A stretch of 64,000 nucleotides of DNA from Styela clava (Eukaryota): NCBI RefSeq assembly GCF_964204865.1, contig NC_135251.1, positions 20,956,001 through 21,020,000 of the forward strand, given 5' to 3'. The notes under the pieces are model-generated. The model saw only the letters and a program-made list of their open reading frames with translations. It was not told the DNA's origin and did not search any database. The translations under genes were made by a program, and so were the position numbers. Below are positions 14,801-29,549 of the stretch, one piece after another (position 1 is the first letter of the stretch; the number at the start of each line of letters is the position of its first letter).

Positions 14801-17800
14801 ATGTATATGTTCATAGACGCACTTGTGTAATAATCAAAATATTATTAGAACAATCACCTTTTTATGATATTTCAGGTTGTTCATAGATCCCCAGCAGGAG
14901 AAGCCTTACATTTTTATGACAAACGAAACGATTATGCTTATTTCACAAGTACAGAAGTTGAAGGCACAGAAGATGGTTTGCCAAGAATACGCCATTTATG
15001 GAAAGTTAAAGGTTGACAATAAGAAGTGCTTTAAATTACTTAAAGCAACATTTAATTTTAATTATCGTTTTTAATCCAATTATACTGCCAAACACACAAT
15101 TTCGATAGATTCGAAAACAAAACATCGCGTCACATTGATTGTATAACAAAACATGTCTTCATCAATGACGTTTTTTTTAAAACATTCTTGTTTGACAGCT
15201 CATGGAGATAGAACTAGGGAGTGTGTCTCATGCGATCTGAATACAATATATGCTGATAGATGTAATTGGGTTGACCCAACTTTCAGTCCCGAAGGATCCT
15301 ACGTTGTTATAAACTGTGGCGGAACCGGAAACGGTAAGAACTTGGAAGAAATCGGAATAATAAATGCTGTGTTACCACTATTATATACGATGTTCAATGT
15401 AAATTAATCCGCATTTATTCCGGAATTTAAGAAATAAAAAGCCTACTTGAATTGCATTCATTTACATTAAAACTAAAGTCAATTATTTCTTTGAGACATT
15501 AAAAGCAAAAAAGAACCCAACAGGTGTTTAAGATGCTTGGAGAACTATCATGTAACGTGTTTGAATTATTTTCTATAGGAGTACCCGTCTCAACTCTTCA
15601 TCATATATCTGATTCTGGCGAAGTTAGTTTACAGAGAGTAGTTGAAAATAACACTCAGATCATCGAAAACCTTGAAGGTATATATGAAACCATTTGGATG
15701 AGAATACCCGTTGGTCTTGAAGAAACGGAAATCGCACTAATTCGATAAATCTGCTTAATTTATAGAAAATAGTGTTTTGGGTAAAACAATTGTACTGTCG
15801 ATGTCATAAACGCTAAAATTCTTGATAGTTTGCACGTGTTGGCCAGCATTCTAGTCGCTATGACCATACCGACAAACTTTTCTCTTTAAGCTTACAAATT
15901 TCGAACAAGAGAATATGGTGAGCTTAGTCTTCCTCAAGTTGATGATGAAGTCTTTTATTACACTCTACACAAACCACCAAACTTCGATTCAAGCAAGAAA
16001 TATCCATTGCTGGTTCATGTTTATTCAGGTAAAACGTTATAAGTTGTAAGTTCTTATAGTCGTCATAATTATATATATATATTATTTTATACGAAATGAA
16101 CTCATGGAACATTCTACTGTTATGCTGTTGTTGTGGAATTTTACTTTTCTTTGTGAAAGAATCGCTTTTCTCTTTAACTACTGGACCTGGGATTCGTTTT
16201 TCACTTCGAAGTTTTGTTTGATGAAATCATCAAAATAAAACTGCCTATCGTGTGGCGGTGCGCGATCGAGTGCTCTGGTGCTCAGCTCAAACGGGGTTTA
16301 TAATAAGATACCGGTAGACTTGATACTACAGTTGTGACTTATTTGGTATTTCGATTTGCGTTGAGACTGGACACATCGTCATTGTCACATAACCTGGCAA
16401 AGTTAGGACAGTCCGGATACCTTTACTGGTAAATTACGGAACTTGTGAGCTACGGTACTTGTTCCGCAGGGTATGATTTTGGGGGAATTGTGGGTGATAA
16501 TTTCGTTTCGACTTTCGTTTCCATATATTTGAGCATTGCTTTATTGTTAATTATTTTGATTTATACAAAATAGCATCGGATATCAATTTTCAGGCCCTGG
16601 CTACCAAGACACAATAGATTCCTTCATTTCGACATGGCCGATCGGTTACATACCAAGTAGCGATCTTGATGTGGTTGTGGTCACTTTTGATGGAAGAGGT
16701 ACGGGATTCAGAGGGAAACAAATCAGAAGCATGGTGAGGCGAAATTCATAAATTTTATTACTTTTGTGTAAGATGCTTTTATTGACTTTGTCTATGCAGG
16801 TCTACAATCGTATAGGAGAATATGAACCGCTGGATCAAATCGAAGCAACTCGACAAATTACAGAAAAATATAACTTTATAGATTCCAGCAAGATTGCAAT
16901 GTGGGGAAGATCTTACGGAGGGTAAGAACATTCTGGGGGTTAACTTTACATTCAAAGTTTTGTGTTAAATTTCTAATTTATGTTTTTTAGATATATAACT
17001 GCAAGAACAATGTCAGAAGACGAAAATCTCCTATTTAAATGTGGATTATCATCTGCTCCTGTAACTGACTGGATGACATATCATAGCATTTACATTGAAC
17101 GATATATGGGTTTGCCAAAGGAAAATGAAGTATGTATGCATACATGAGTTAAGTGTATCAAAATAGGATTTCTTTTCTAAACGCAATCCATTTACGCTGC
17201 TATTTAGTAACAAAGAACCACTAAGTACATGCGAATCAGTAACGCTTTCATCTTGATGAGGTAGTGATTACCTAAACGTAAATGAGACAAAATTATTAAT
17301 ATTGACATAAGCATGATAACACAATTGAATTGAGTTTATAGTGATGATCTAATCACCTCCACCTTAAAGCTTAAATTATTACTTAAAACGAATACACAAT
17401 GGACATCAATTTACTCACAAACTCATGTGCAAGTAAAAAAGTATCCAAGTACTTAGAAAACAATTTTGTAGACCAATAAAAAGCTACTAGGTTGAAAGTT
17501 GAAAAATAGGTAAAAGAAATTATTTTAAAAATATTTTATACTGTCAAACAGTGGGGGTAATATTTCATTTGTGCTGTATTTTTGAAGCGTATATGTTTCA
17601 ATTTTATAACAGAACTAATGTACCGTTTATTCGTTTGATTATTTTCAGATTGGATACAATAAATCGACAGTGTTTCAGAAACTTCACAACATCGGAAAAC
17701 ATTATTTTGTCTTGATTCATGGGACAGCCGACGACAACGTTCACTTTTTGGTATAAGACTAGTCCTGCTCACTTTTATATAAGCGTATATCTGGCCCGTT

Positions 17801-18389
17801 GGGTAATTCAATCTGGTCCGCCTGATACTGAAACGACAAAACTAAAACCAAATTTTGATGTTTTGGCTAAAAATAGCTCAGAGAATTTGTTGAGATTGCG
17901 ATTAATTTTAGTTTAGGCACGAGGCTTATTGTTTTCCACTTTTGCCCTTGTATCACTGTAAATATTGTTAAAAATGTAACTTTCACATCAAACTTACATG
18001 GCCCACCAGTCTGTATGAGCAAAATATTTTGCCCCGGGTCCAAATACCGTGCCCACCCCTGGTATATACTATACTTCATTTCGATGACAGTTATCTATTG
18101 ATTTGCGTTTAATCAACAAATTTCCGATTGATTACACTGACTTTTTAATTTGTATATATTTTTGGAATAAATTTGTTCAGTGAAAATAAAATTTTAAATG
18201 GTATTATACTATTTTAAATAACTATTTCAGCATTCTGCGAGACTTTCAAAGGCACTAATTGACGAAGACATCGATTTTTCTGCTTATTTTGCTGGCGACC
18301 AAACTCACCGTTTTGACAGAGGTGCAAATGCTTACGGTCATCACTACAAGTTGTTAACACGCCATTTGAAAACTTGTTTTGAATTATAG
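8813..18389 (+). CDS. DPP4-like: DPP4/FAP-family (S9B) peptidase-like paralog B, 19 exons, about 790 aa
   Basis: Exons: 8813-8930, 9133-9234, 9629-9723, 10111-10188, 10471-10526, 11461-11572, 11797-11933, 12179-12350, 12747-12894, 13283-13467, 14876-15011, 15199-15333, 15579-15677, 15891-16028, 16594-16733, 16800-16921, 16991-17129, 17649-17750, 18231-18389. Total 2373 nt, open to TAG. Type II anchor MDKFKKVVSIALIIVGVISFVILV; motifs KKYPLLVHVYSGP and DGRGTG; triad motifs WGRSYGG, HGTADDNVHF, GDQTHRF. Confidence 0.95.
13521..14563. mobile_element. Palindromic MITE (ctcccgtagtatgt family) split by an 816-bp TIR element
   Basis: Halves 13521-13567 and 14384-14563 join to match the intact copy at 27533-27747. 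Confidence 0.85.
13568..14383. mobile_element. Non-autonomous DNA transposon with about 40-bp TIRs
   Basis: TIR tcgtcacgctaataaccgaattgcgtaagtcatttttggc with its exact reverse complement at the other end; 2-bp TSD (tg). A second copy lies at 51409-52281. Confidence 0.9.
17789..18061. mobile_element. hAT-type MITE remnant
   Basis: The right end gtgcccacccctg and internal ggccc motifs are typical of hAT MITEs. Absent from the equivalent intron of paralog C. Confidence 0.6.
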
Positions 18390-19793
18390 TTGATTCAAAT
18401 AATCACTGGAAGATGTTGACAATAATTCCAATCAAATGTTTCATACAGCATATCGTATCGATTTGGAAATTAAATATGGGTCATTTTGTTTCAAACCTTT
18501 TTGTTTGGATTGTGTACAACTGTACTCCACATTACCGGGGATTTAGTTTTAATAATTTGTCATTTTTGTAGTTATTCACTGGGACAAAAATGATTTATTC
18601 GTCATCTACTGCACCTGTCGGAATAGCTGAATAGGAAAATTCGTCTTGAAAAGCTGATAATTTTTAAGCGATTTAAATTGTTACTAATCCTAATGCACTC
18701 CACCTGAGATTTGGCTGATTCTAAAATTTTATCACATCTTGGGCGATGGTGTAACGACCCTGTGTTCGTGTACTAAAGCATTGCTCTGTTATAAATTATG
18801 GAATGGTTCTTTCTGTACCATAAACTTTGACTGGCACTTATAATCGTTGACAACCATATCAAAATAGTTGAAAATGTTTAAAGACAGAGTCGAGTGGTTT
18901 TGTTTAATTTTGTTACAGAGCATTAGAGTATTTTAGGGCAATAAAATGTTTCGGTCAAGAGCATCAAGGCATTCAATTTTAATTTAACGGACTCCATAAA
19001 GATATATATGGTCACCTATTCTTCTCTTAAAAACTTGTCAACAACTTCAAACGAATCAGAAAGAATCTATGTGAGTTCATTTCATATGATTCGATAAATT
19101 CGCCACGGTAGTATAATTAATAAACTACCTGACCGCTCCGTGTTTAATTATCGCTTCCAGTTTACATAAACAAGAAATATTTATCATTTTTTGTGTACAT
19201 ATAATGCCATTCAATTATGTATATAGTAAAAAAATGTAGGCAATAGTTCAAGTTGGAAGTCCTATTAGACCCTCTTTTGGTATTGTTGCCTTTCTAAATA
19301 GTAATATTGACGTCAAATCGTCATCATCATATCAGGTAACTTCAATTCGGGTTTCAGTATTTTGAATAACGACAGACCATAACTAGCGCTCAGAACATCG
19401 TAAAATACGTACAGTGAATTGTTCAACTATTGCCTCATCTAATAATAAAGTCGTCGCGAAGCGGAAAAATCAAAGTAAACACAAATGCTGTCTTTCAGTA
19501 CAAGAATTCAGAGGCAAAAGAGGATATTTGGCAAGAATGAAAAGCAGACTAATTTTTTATTGGTATTGTATAAATACACAAACCTGGTGCATACAAACGT
19601 ACTAACACTGACGAGTTTTATGTTGAACAAACAAGATTGTGCACACTAAATTAGTGCAAACTTTACACTTCTACCACAGAATGTTTGCAGTTGAAATGTT
19701 GATTGAGAAAGAGCACTATATGTGAAGGCTTATGAGAATACGTAGAACGATTTTAAATGAGGAAAGTTGTTAGCAAACAACATAATTATAACT

Positions 19794-21134
19794 CAGGGTG
19801 GTCCAAACTGCGGCCCGCCGACACATTCCGTGCGGCCGCAGAACAATTTTAGCGTACACTAGTAAACCATTGGCAAATATTTGTATTTATTAGCAGAACA
19901 ATTTTGATTTATTTTTAAACTATTCCAACTGGGAATAGTCCTTTTCCTAATCCAGATGTCCGGAATTTCATTGTTGTATCTGTAAACGCCAAGACGGTGC
20001 CTATATGGCAGTGGTTCGCAACCACTAGTGGTACGCGAGCAGCTTTGAATTATTGCAACGATTAACTTTCGAGTTGGCTAAAATATGGCGACAACGCTTT
20101 ATCTTCCATACCGTATGTATTCGCTGAAGAAATTTATAGCGCTACCAGTTCTTGTCTTGAGATTGCTCTCTACCGTTACTTCCCACCTAAAACGAAAAGA
20201 TGATTAAAGCCTTTTAGCTCTGACGGCAGACGACGCAAATGCTTTCGCGATTTTGCACGCAATCAATACGTTATTACTATATAAAATTATTACGTTGAAA
20301 CTTTGCACAAAGATCTAAAATGGATGTAGTGCCATATCGAATACTCCCATAGCGCGTTTCTTTTCTCATTGGTCCCAACTCCAGTTTTGTCGGTGATACG
20401 CAACCAGAGTAAAAAACACAAAAGTGGTACGCAATTGTGATCGGTAAAAGGAGAATGAATTGTTTTGTGCAGACAGGACCAAGCCCATGAGATGAGCTCG
20501 TGACAAGTAATTCCTCATTTGAAGAGACGTTTTGTGCCTTTATTTTAGTCAAAACATTTCTCTATTTTAAACATTGGTCATGTGACAGCAGTGACGAACC
20601 GCAGAGCTGACTTGGCGCCGTGCGATTCATTTTTTTATCTGGTTCTGAGGTCCGAACTTGGACGGACTTGGTTGTTTTTTGACAGTAGCACTAGACCTGC
20701 TCTCGCTACAAGTAATAAATTTTTTCAAATATATCAATTCATAATACAATGAGTGTAGAAAAAAGGTGACCGTAGTAAACTGAGAGGAAACGCATTTCTT
20801 TACCCACAACAACGTTAAACCAGTGTGTCTGATGTGTTTTCAAGTAATATCCGTCACGAAAGAATATCATTTTAAGCGACATTACAAAACCAAACACGAG
20901 AAAAGAAACCGAAAATACCACGATATTTTTCGGGAAGCAATTTTAAAATAACCAAAGGCGTTATATAGTTTCCTTGAAAAACTTATCAGAACGATAAACT
21001 CTTATTATAAAATATATTTAAAGTGAGTAAACTCTCGATGTTTTGATTACTTTCGGGTTTCCTCCGACTGTGGCCCGCGAGACCTTCTCCAAAGTTTTTG
21101 CGGCCCTGCAACCTCGCAACCTTGGACCACCCTG
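19794..21134. mobile_element. Non-autonomous hAT transposon
   Basis: TIRs cagggtggtccaa / ttggaccaccctg; 8-bp TSD ttataact / gtataact; subterminal gcggcccgc motifs. Confidence 0.85.
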
Positions 21135-21998
21135 GTATAACTTACAGATGGACTGCGTGCAACAAATGACACTTTTTCCACATTTTGCAGAAAAAACGAA
21201 AATGGTTAGCGCGATGTATAGTGGGTATTTTGTATTGGACATTTATTAGTAACTTATGACATGAGGAGGAAGAGATAGATGTGCGACGTCAATAAACGAA
21301 CTCTGGTTTCGTCGAAGATTTTTGCGCCTTATCCTTACGTGTATAAAATCACAAAGTTAAGAAGTCCATTGCGGAAATTTTAACTGCATTAACACCGGTC
21401 TCAACGGTTCGGTATTAACACTGTAATGACATGTAATATTTCGCTACATAATTGGACTGCTCAAAACTAAAATTTGCACACGTGGGATAAGTTTAAATTG
21501 CGGCCGTCAGACTGTTCAGCATTTAATCTTTTTATGACTGCACTCCGCTTCTAATTAGGTTATCGAACAATTCGTTAAAATAGCGAACGGAGAACCGATA
21601 ACATAGTAAACTATCAACAGCGCGGAAGATCTAGAATCTGGATGGAGATTGGAATAGGGTTGAAAAGTTGATTTTTGCTTCAGAGCTGCCTAATCTAATA
21701 GCACCCGTGATACCCTGCATTATAAGGTCATTTTTTTGCTATATCAACTTCGGTGAAAAAATTATATTTGAATCCTTTGACGACATATCACCTTTTGAGT
21801 GTTCTCTTTAATGGACTGCTAACAAACCAAAATCGTTTCAAATTAAATTGCCTAACTTGTAAGATTTATCAACAAAGACGTGATGACGATTGAAATTCAC
21901 TAACATTTGTAATCTTATACAGATAGTAACTAATTCATATTAATAATTATATTTGTGAGTGTAAACGATACACTATATGCCAAGTTTAGAATTTTCTG

Positions 21999-24900
21999 AT
22001 GGATAAGTTCAAGAAGCTATTGAGTATCACTTTAATTATTGTTGGCGCCATCTCGTGCGTGATTGTGGTAGATCATTCAGAAACTACAGACGATGTAAAG
22101 GCTTTGCAAAGAGCAGGTAAGTGAATATGTATATAACAATTAAACTTATTTTCATTTTCATTTTATCATAATCACTTGCTATAAAATGTGAACTTGTGAA
22201 ATCTACATGCTTTAACATATGGATATAAAAAAATAATGGTGTAAATTCTAAATTTGATGGCAAATCGAAAACAATTAATGGAGCCAATGACCGTACTCAT
22301 TGTGGTTTATCTATAAATCAAATTTTATATTTTCAAATGCAGTGGGTGTGGAACCCAAATTGGACAACAAAAAATATATGACTTTTGATGACTGGTTACA
22401 GGGTAAATTTGAACCGAAAGAGTTCTATCCCACGTGGGTTTCAGGTAACTATCTTTTCATACATGTCATGTTGAATCAAGAGCGTATTAATTTGATGGCT
22501 TTTTAATAAAATAAAACATCTGACTTCTACTGTAAACTGCATTTCATTTATTTAGATTCTGAATACATTCATCGAAATAATGATGACGCGATAATGAAGA
22601 AAAACATTAGTAATGATGACGAGACTGAACTTCTAAGTTCTTCCGCCTTGGTATAGATTTTTTAAATCAATTTTGAGTGGTTTTTGATGTATTTGCAGGC
22701 GTTACAACTGTTTCCATTTAGAAACAATTGAAAATTTTGAATGATAACACGAACCAAATCAGAGGTGTGAAACAAAATCAGAACATTCTATTCTATGTAT
22801 ATTACACAAGCGCTACAACATACTATAATCAAATTTATAAATATAATTATTTGACTATATTGTACTGTGTACATGTATCGTACAGATCAACAAATTTTAG
22901 TCGTCTTCAAAGAAAGCAATATCTTGTTTCGAATGATCTAAAAAATAAATTCACCTTCACTTGACATATATATATATATATATTAATTACTTCTCCAAAT
23001 TACAAAAATGTACCTGCTTTCATCTAATTATATCACATCTTCAAATAATTAGTGTTAAAGCAGATTGTATGATATTGTGCTATAAATTCCAGTTCATTAG
23101 TTCGGATACAAATGGCATAAACAACTGTTAACACAATTTTCGATTTTTATTCCTTGTTTTTTTATAGAAAAGTTTGATAAACCCGTCATTATTCTACGCT
23201 TCTGGCGACCTTCAATATGTGGCAATAACTTATCAACACAAAGATGTAAGTGAAAACTATAAACTGACGGTGTAAAACAATGTGCTAAATAAATAGGATT
23301 TTCGACCGTAAACATTTAGCGTCATATTTTTACGCAGATACCTATATAAATATGCCAACATTCTTTTGAAAGAACTCTCCAATCCGGAATTGTGTCATAT
23401 TGATATTAGTCCAATTACTTTGAATTATTACTTTTCTGCTGATTTTAGAAGAATGTTGAAACATTTTCTTAAATTATCGCGATATTTGCAGGCCTATGTT
23501 CATTACATGAGGACGTTTTCAGTAGCATTTTTTCGAACCAACGATTCGTGAGTAGTTTTATAAAATTATAAAATACATTTTATTTTATATGAAAAACTAA
23601 AGAATCAAAATAAATACTTATAGAGAAAAGGCTTGGTGAACTCGCTTGATAGTGTATTTGATTTTCGAATTCTAAAGTGAAAGTTGACAAAAACGTGCAA
23701 CTGCTGAAGTATAAACATCTAAATAACTTTGGACAGGGTTAATAAGACAAAACGAGATAAATAAACTTTTGCCAATAAGATATGTTCTTGGTATTCAATC
23801 CGGATCGAGTTACTGAACCTGTAAATTTGAAAAGCCTTCAAATGTTGTTTTCACAGTATTCCGAAAACATCAAAAATATTTAGAAAAAAAGTTTCTCGTT
23901 TATTAAATATATATTAATACATTATTTTCAGACAACAAGTTTTCCCTCTAGGCTTTCCTCACGAGGGAATTCAAAAAATCAAATGGGAACCTCTAGGTCA
24001 CAAGATGGCGTATGTGCATGATTTTGACGTGTTTTTGTTGTCGGTATGTACTCAAATCTATACTTGTTATACCTTAGTATTCAAGGTTCAATCACTTCTG
24101 ACCCATAATATTCTATAAGAAAAAAATATTAAACCAAAATATGTTATGGAGAAATACACGATTGAACAATATAAAAATGACAAATATAACAAATGAACAA
24201 TATAAACGTCGTAGACAGTGTGGCTTTGTAACCTAACAATTACTTTTTTAGAATCTCTCTTCCAGTCCAATACAAGTCACCGATGATGGTGAAAACAACG
24301 TCATTTTCAATGGAATATCTGATTGGGGATATGAATTGGAAATAACAAAAGATGATGCGTTGATGTTGTGGTCACCAAACGGAACTTATTTAGCATATGT
24401 GAAGTAAGACGTTTCTGCGTAATTGATGATATGCAGTTTTTAAACTTCCCATTTTCTCAAGATTGTACTCGAATTTTGTTTTTTCAATTTATAAAATGAA
24501 AATGCAGGTAAATGAAATTGTAGTTAAAGATATATTAAAATATCATTGGCAGTTATTTTGAAATAATCGGTTCTAGATTTTACAATGAATGTTTTTTTTT
24601 ATATATAGTTTTGATTTTGTAAATATATCCAGACAGCATTATGTTGTTTCCTTTGTTTTTTTCTTAGACTCGATCAGACCGGAGTAAGAAATTTTGACTT
24701 TCCTTATTTTGGAGGAAGTCAGTATCCCACAATGGTCAGCTTATCTTATCCTAAACCTGGCAATGTTGTTCCGAAAACATTAATTTTAATTGTGAATGTA
24801 GAAAATCCGACAGTAAGCATTGAAGTAATGCCAAGTGATGTAAGTGGTAACATACCGTACATATTATACGACGTATAAGATACATTTACATACTTTAAAA

Positions 24901-27900
24901 TTTGACTAATATCTATATATTATATATTTACGATATATATATATGAATTTTTCGAGTCGTATATAGGTAATAAAAATTGTTTCTTACAATTAATAGATAA
25001 CTATAAATTTCAATCGTTTTAGTGAAACAAGATAATATACGGACTATATAGCAATGTGTGGCTTATCTATTTATACGGCAATCATTGTTTTTTCTTGAAC
25101 TTCAGAAAAATTTTAATAAAATGTAATAACAAAAAATGTAATAATAGCACTTTCACACTTTCGTGTTTCACTTATTTATGGTAATTTACTTAAATTTTCA
25201 GAATGTCACCGGTTGGGGAGAATATTATTTAAATTCCTTAATTTGGAAAAATGACCAAATCTTCATGCCAACCTTGAAAAATAGACTTCAAAACGAAGCA
25301 ATTTCAGAAAGTTGTAATTTAATATCAAATTTTTGGACATGTAATCATGGTAATATTTTAAAGTGTTTTAACTAAACGAATCTTTGAATAGTCATTGATT
25401 CTTAGTTATCGGGAAAACATTTTACACACGTGAATCGGAAAGATCCGTCTTGGTAAAATTCAATCGCTGTTTCAATATCATACTTTTGCAGACCCACAAC
25501 TGTGAAATCTTTTATGCTTGAAGTTTGCTTCAAGAACTGACTTTAAAAATGATGTAGCAGCTCGAGTAGTTGTCATTTGCAGACCCACAACTGTGAAATC
25601 TTTTATGCTTGAAGTTTGCTTCAAGAACTGACTTTAAAAATGATGTAGCAGCTCGAGTAGTTGTCATTTGCAGACCCACAACTGTGAAATCTTTTATGCT
25701 TGAAGTTTGCTTCAAGAACTGACTTTAAAAATGATGTAGCAGCTCGAGTAGTTGTCCGAGGAACTTCCTGAACATAAAATTCGATATTGTAATGGTATTA
25801 TTATTTTTTTGTGCGTTTAGTTTCGGGAGACGTCATCATTGGTCATAACAGCTGGTTAGGGGATTATAAACCCTCAGATATATATCCAATTCTAAATACA
25901 AACGAATATTTGACTGTGAGAGAAAACAGCGTTGGGTATTTGCATCTTGTACTTATTGATCGAACAAAGAATTCTTTGGATTGGAGAACAAATGGAACCT
26001 TTGAGGTTAGTTTTCATTGTAATTACTTTATAATTGTAAGACGAATACAATCAGTAAGGGTTCAAGTTTTTTGAAAACCATACTGTTTTATTGAATATTC
26101 CTGGAAAATACTCAATCAGAATATTTAGTTCTTGGGCGTGAGGAAACTAAAACGATTTACAAATGGATGTGGATGAAGAAAATACGTCATGTCTAGGCAA
26201 ATCTGCATGCATTTGATTATCGCCCTTCTGCGAAAGTGCTGATATTACCAAAATTTCTTTGAAATGTTTTGTAAATTTAGACCTTGATTGAAGTGTATTC
26301 ATTTTACCTATATATATTTCAGGTTGTCCATAGAACTCCAGCAGGAGCAGCTTTACATTTTTATGACAAAAGAAACGATTATGCTTATTTCACAAGTACA
26401 GAAGTTGAAGGCACAGAAGATGGTTTGCCAAGGATACGCCATTTATGGAAAGTTAAAGGTTGACAATAAGTAGTACTGTTATTACTTAACACAACATTCA
26501 ATTTAAAAACTATTTTCAATGCCAAAACACGATCTCGATCGATTTGAAAACAAAACAATATTGTTGTTGATTGTATAACAAAACATGTCTTTATCAATAG
26601 CGTTCCCTTTAAAACATTCTTGTCCTACAGCTCATGGAGATAGAACAAGGGAGTGTGTCTCATGCGATCTGAATACAATATATGCTGATAGATGTAATTG
26701 GGTTGACCCAACTTTTAGTCCCGAAGGATCCTACGTTGTTATAAACTGTGGCGGAACAGGAAACGGTAAAAAATCTGAATATTGAAGATGTCTTACAACA
26801 ATGCAAATTAATTTATATTTAATATCATAATTCCCATAGATTTTAGTTTTTTTCCGATCTCAGCGGCTGAATATGGTTTGCATGTCACAGCTTTATTTTC
26901 AACAGGAGTACCCGTTTCAACTCTTCATTATATATCTGATTCTGGTGATATTAGTTTACGTGGCGAAGTGGAAAATAACACTCAACTCATAGAAAACCTC
27001 GAAGGTGACAGAACCAACTGTGTCTAGTGTTTCAGTAATTTTATTTTTGTATTTGCAATCATTTTCATGTTAGTCACTTTACTTATTAAGCAGGGGCAAA
27101 TAAAAGCAAATCATTGGGTAAGAGACATATTGAGTTTATAAGCAGGAGAAAATCACTAATTCGATAGAGTCTGCTCCATTTTATGGGAAGTATATATAAT
27201 ATTTGGGTTAATGTAATGGACTGTCGAGGTTATGAACAGTGGAATTCGCACATGTTTTAGCCATAAATATGCCAGCATTACCACGAACTTCTCTATCTTT
27301 TTTTCTTTTTCAAATTTCAAAGCTTTCAAATTTCGAACAAGAGAATATGGTGAAATTAGTCTCCCTCAAGTTGATGATGAAGTCTTTTATTATACTTTGC
27401 ACAAACCTCCAAACTTTGATCCAAGCAAAAAATATCCGTTACTGGTTCAAGTTTATTCAGGTGACACATTATATGTTTTCATTACTAAAAGGATTTTCTA
27501 AATTTCCCATCAATTTTGTCGTTTTGTTGGTACTCCCGTAGTATGTAAACCAAGATGGTGGACACCGAAACGTAGTATGTGTACCAGGTTAGAATTAGGC
27601 CATAATTTTATTCCAATCTTCCTTATTTTAGTTCCATTACGAGTTTGGGGACAATAGCCAAGTGACTCTTTGTACCTGAAATTATGGCCTGACCCTAACT
27701 CATACTACGTTCCGGTGTCCGTCATCTTGGTTCACATACTACGGGAGTAACGTTTTTAAAGGAAAAATGAGTTTTATTCCACTAGGCATGACGTTTGTCT
27801 TCCGTTTTGATGTGTGCGAACTCGTGCTACGCGAAAGTCGGAAGTTTTTCGATACATGTAACGCAATGTAGACTAGACACAATTAACTACTGTAAACGGT

Positions 27901-29549
27901 TAAATACTGTAAAAGATTTGATAAGTCAGTTGTGAGTCGATTCATGTGGTATTTTAATTTACGTTCGCATTAGACGCATAAATCATCATCATCACAGGAC
28001 CTGGTAAGGCTAGGACTGTTCGGGTACAGTACCGGTAATAGTAAGATACGGTTCTGTGCAGTTACAGCTTCGTCTAGGATGATTTTAGAGAAACTTTCTG
28101 GATGAAACATTTCGTTTTGGCGTTTGTGTCCAAATATTTGAGCATTGCTCATTTTTTTTTACATATAACGATAATCATATGATTAAATAATTCAGGTCCT
28201 GGCTACCAAGACACAATAGATTCCTTCATTTCGACATGGGCGATCGGTTACATACCAAGTAGCAATCTTGATGTGGTTGTGGTTACCTTTGATGGAAGAG
28301 GTACGGGATTCAGAGGAGACAAAATCAGAAATATGGTGAGACAAAATTAGTTTTTTATTCTTATGAAAGGTATTTTTATTAACTTTCTCATTGAAGGTTT
28401 ACAATCGTTTGGGAGAATATGAACCATTGGATCAAATCGAAGCTACTCGACAAATTACAGAAAAATATAACTTTATAGATTCCAGCAAGATTGCAATGTG
28501 GGGAAGATCTTACGGAGGGTAATTATATGAACGCGAGGTGATTTATGTATTTAACTTCACATTCAAATCAGATTTTGTGTTATTTTATTTATGTTTAGAT
28601 ATATAACCGCAAGAACAATGTCAGAGGACAAAAATGTTTTATTCAAATGTGGATTATCAGTTGCGCCTGTAACTGACTGGATGACATATCATAACTTTTA
28701 CACTGAACGATATATGGGCTTGCCCATGGAAAATGGAGTATGTATGCATACGTATATAGATATGACTTTGATGAATTATAATATATACCCTACTTTACCC
28801 AATGAACATGATAATCGGGAACTAATGCGCGAGTTAAAAATAACCCATGTACTGTTAGGCCAATAAAAAGCTCTTACGTTGAAAGTTAAAAATAGGAAGG
28901 ATAGAAATATAGGTTTTCATAATTGCAAAATAAACAAAAATATGTTTCATAGTGTACAACAATCTTCGTGCTCCAAGTGTTTTATTGTATAACAATACTA
29001 CTATATCGTTTGGTAATTTTCAGATAGGATACAATAAATCAACAGTGTTTCAGAAACTTCACAACATCGGAAAACATTATTTTGTACTGATACATGGGAC
29101 AAGCGATGAAAATGTTCACTTTTTGGTAAAATAGTATTTCTGCTTACTAATATATTACATATTTTTTTGATTTGAGCTACGTATCTATCTACGTTCACTT
29201 AATAATTGCCAAATGAATTTAGAACGAATACCCATTTTTAGATTAGATTTATTTGTATATATGTTTCTGCGATAGAATGTTATTATACTATTTCAAAGGA
29301 ATTTTAGGTGAATAAATAGTTAATACATGATATAATATAAACATGAATTTTTTTTGTGTTTTCTCATTTTTAACTTTTCAATTTTTTCAGCATTCTGCAA
29401 GACTTTCAAAGGCGCTAATCGACGAAGACATTGATTTTTCAGCATATTTTGCCGGCGACGAACCTCACCGTTTTGACAGAGGTGCAAATGCATACGGTCA
29501 TCACTACAAGTTGTTAACACATCATTTAAAAACTTGTTTCGAATTATAA
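21999..29549 (+). CDS. DPP4-like: DPP4/FAP-family (S9B) peptidase-like paralog C, 19 exons, about 795 aa; tandem duplicate of B
   Basis: Exons: 21999-22116, 22343-22444, 22556-22650, 23168-23245, 23492-23547, 23932-24043, 24252-24403, 24668-24839, 25202-25349, 25821-26005, 26323-26458, 26631-26765, 26906-27004, 27323-27460, 28196-28335, 28397-28518, 28599-28737, 29024-29125, 29391-29549. Total 2388 nt, all introns GT-AG. Motifs WGRSYGG, VAPVTDW..YTERYMG, HGTSDENVHF, GDEPHRF. The 5' and 3' flanks still align by eye with those of paralog B. Confidence 0.96.
25485..25756. repeat. Perfect 3 x 91-bp tandem repeat in intron 9 of paralog C
   Basis: Unit tttgcagacccacaactgtg...gctcgagtagttgtca starts at 25485, 25576 and 25667; no differences seen between units. 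Confidence 0.97.
27533..27747. mobile_element. Palindromic MITE (ctcccgtagtatgt family)
   Basis: TIRs ctcccgtagtatgtaaaccaagatg / catcttggttcacatactacgggag; inner inverted repeats ggccataatt / aattatggcc. Confidence 0.85.

Noticed and set aside
14877-15074. ORF conserved with 26288-26473
   Set aside because: It is an alternative-frame reading of peptidase exon 11 in the recent duplicates B and C.
19608-19640. Possible hammerhead (CTGACGA...)
   Set aside because: Lacks the G of GAAA after the stem, and is not conserved in the paralogous flank near 30560.
25485-25756. Tandem repeat as a CRISPR array
   Set aside because: Units are contiguous with no unique spacers; it lies in a eukaryotic intron and there are no cas genes.
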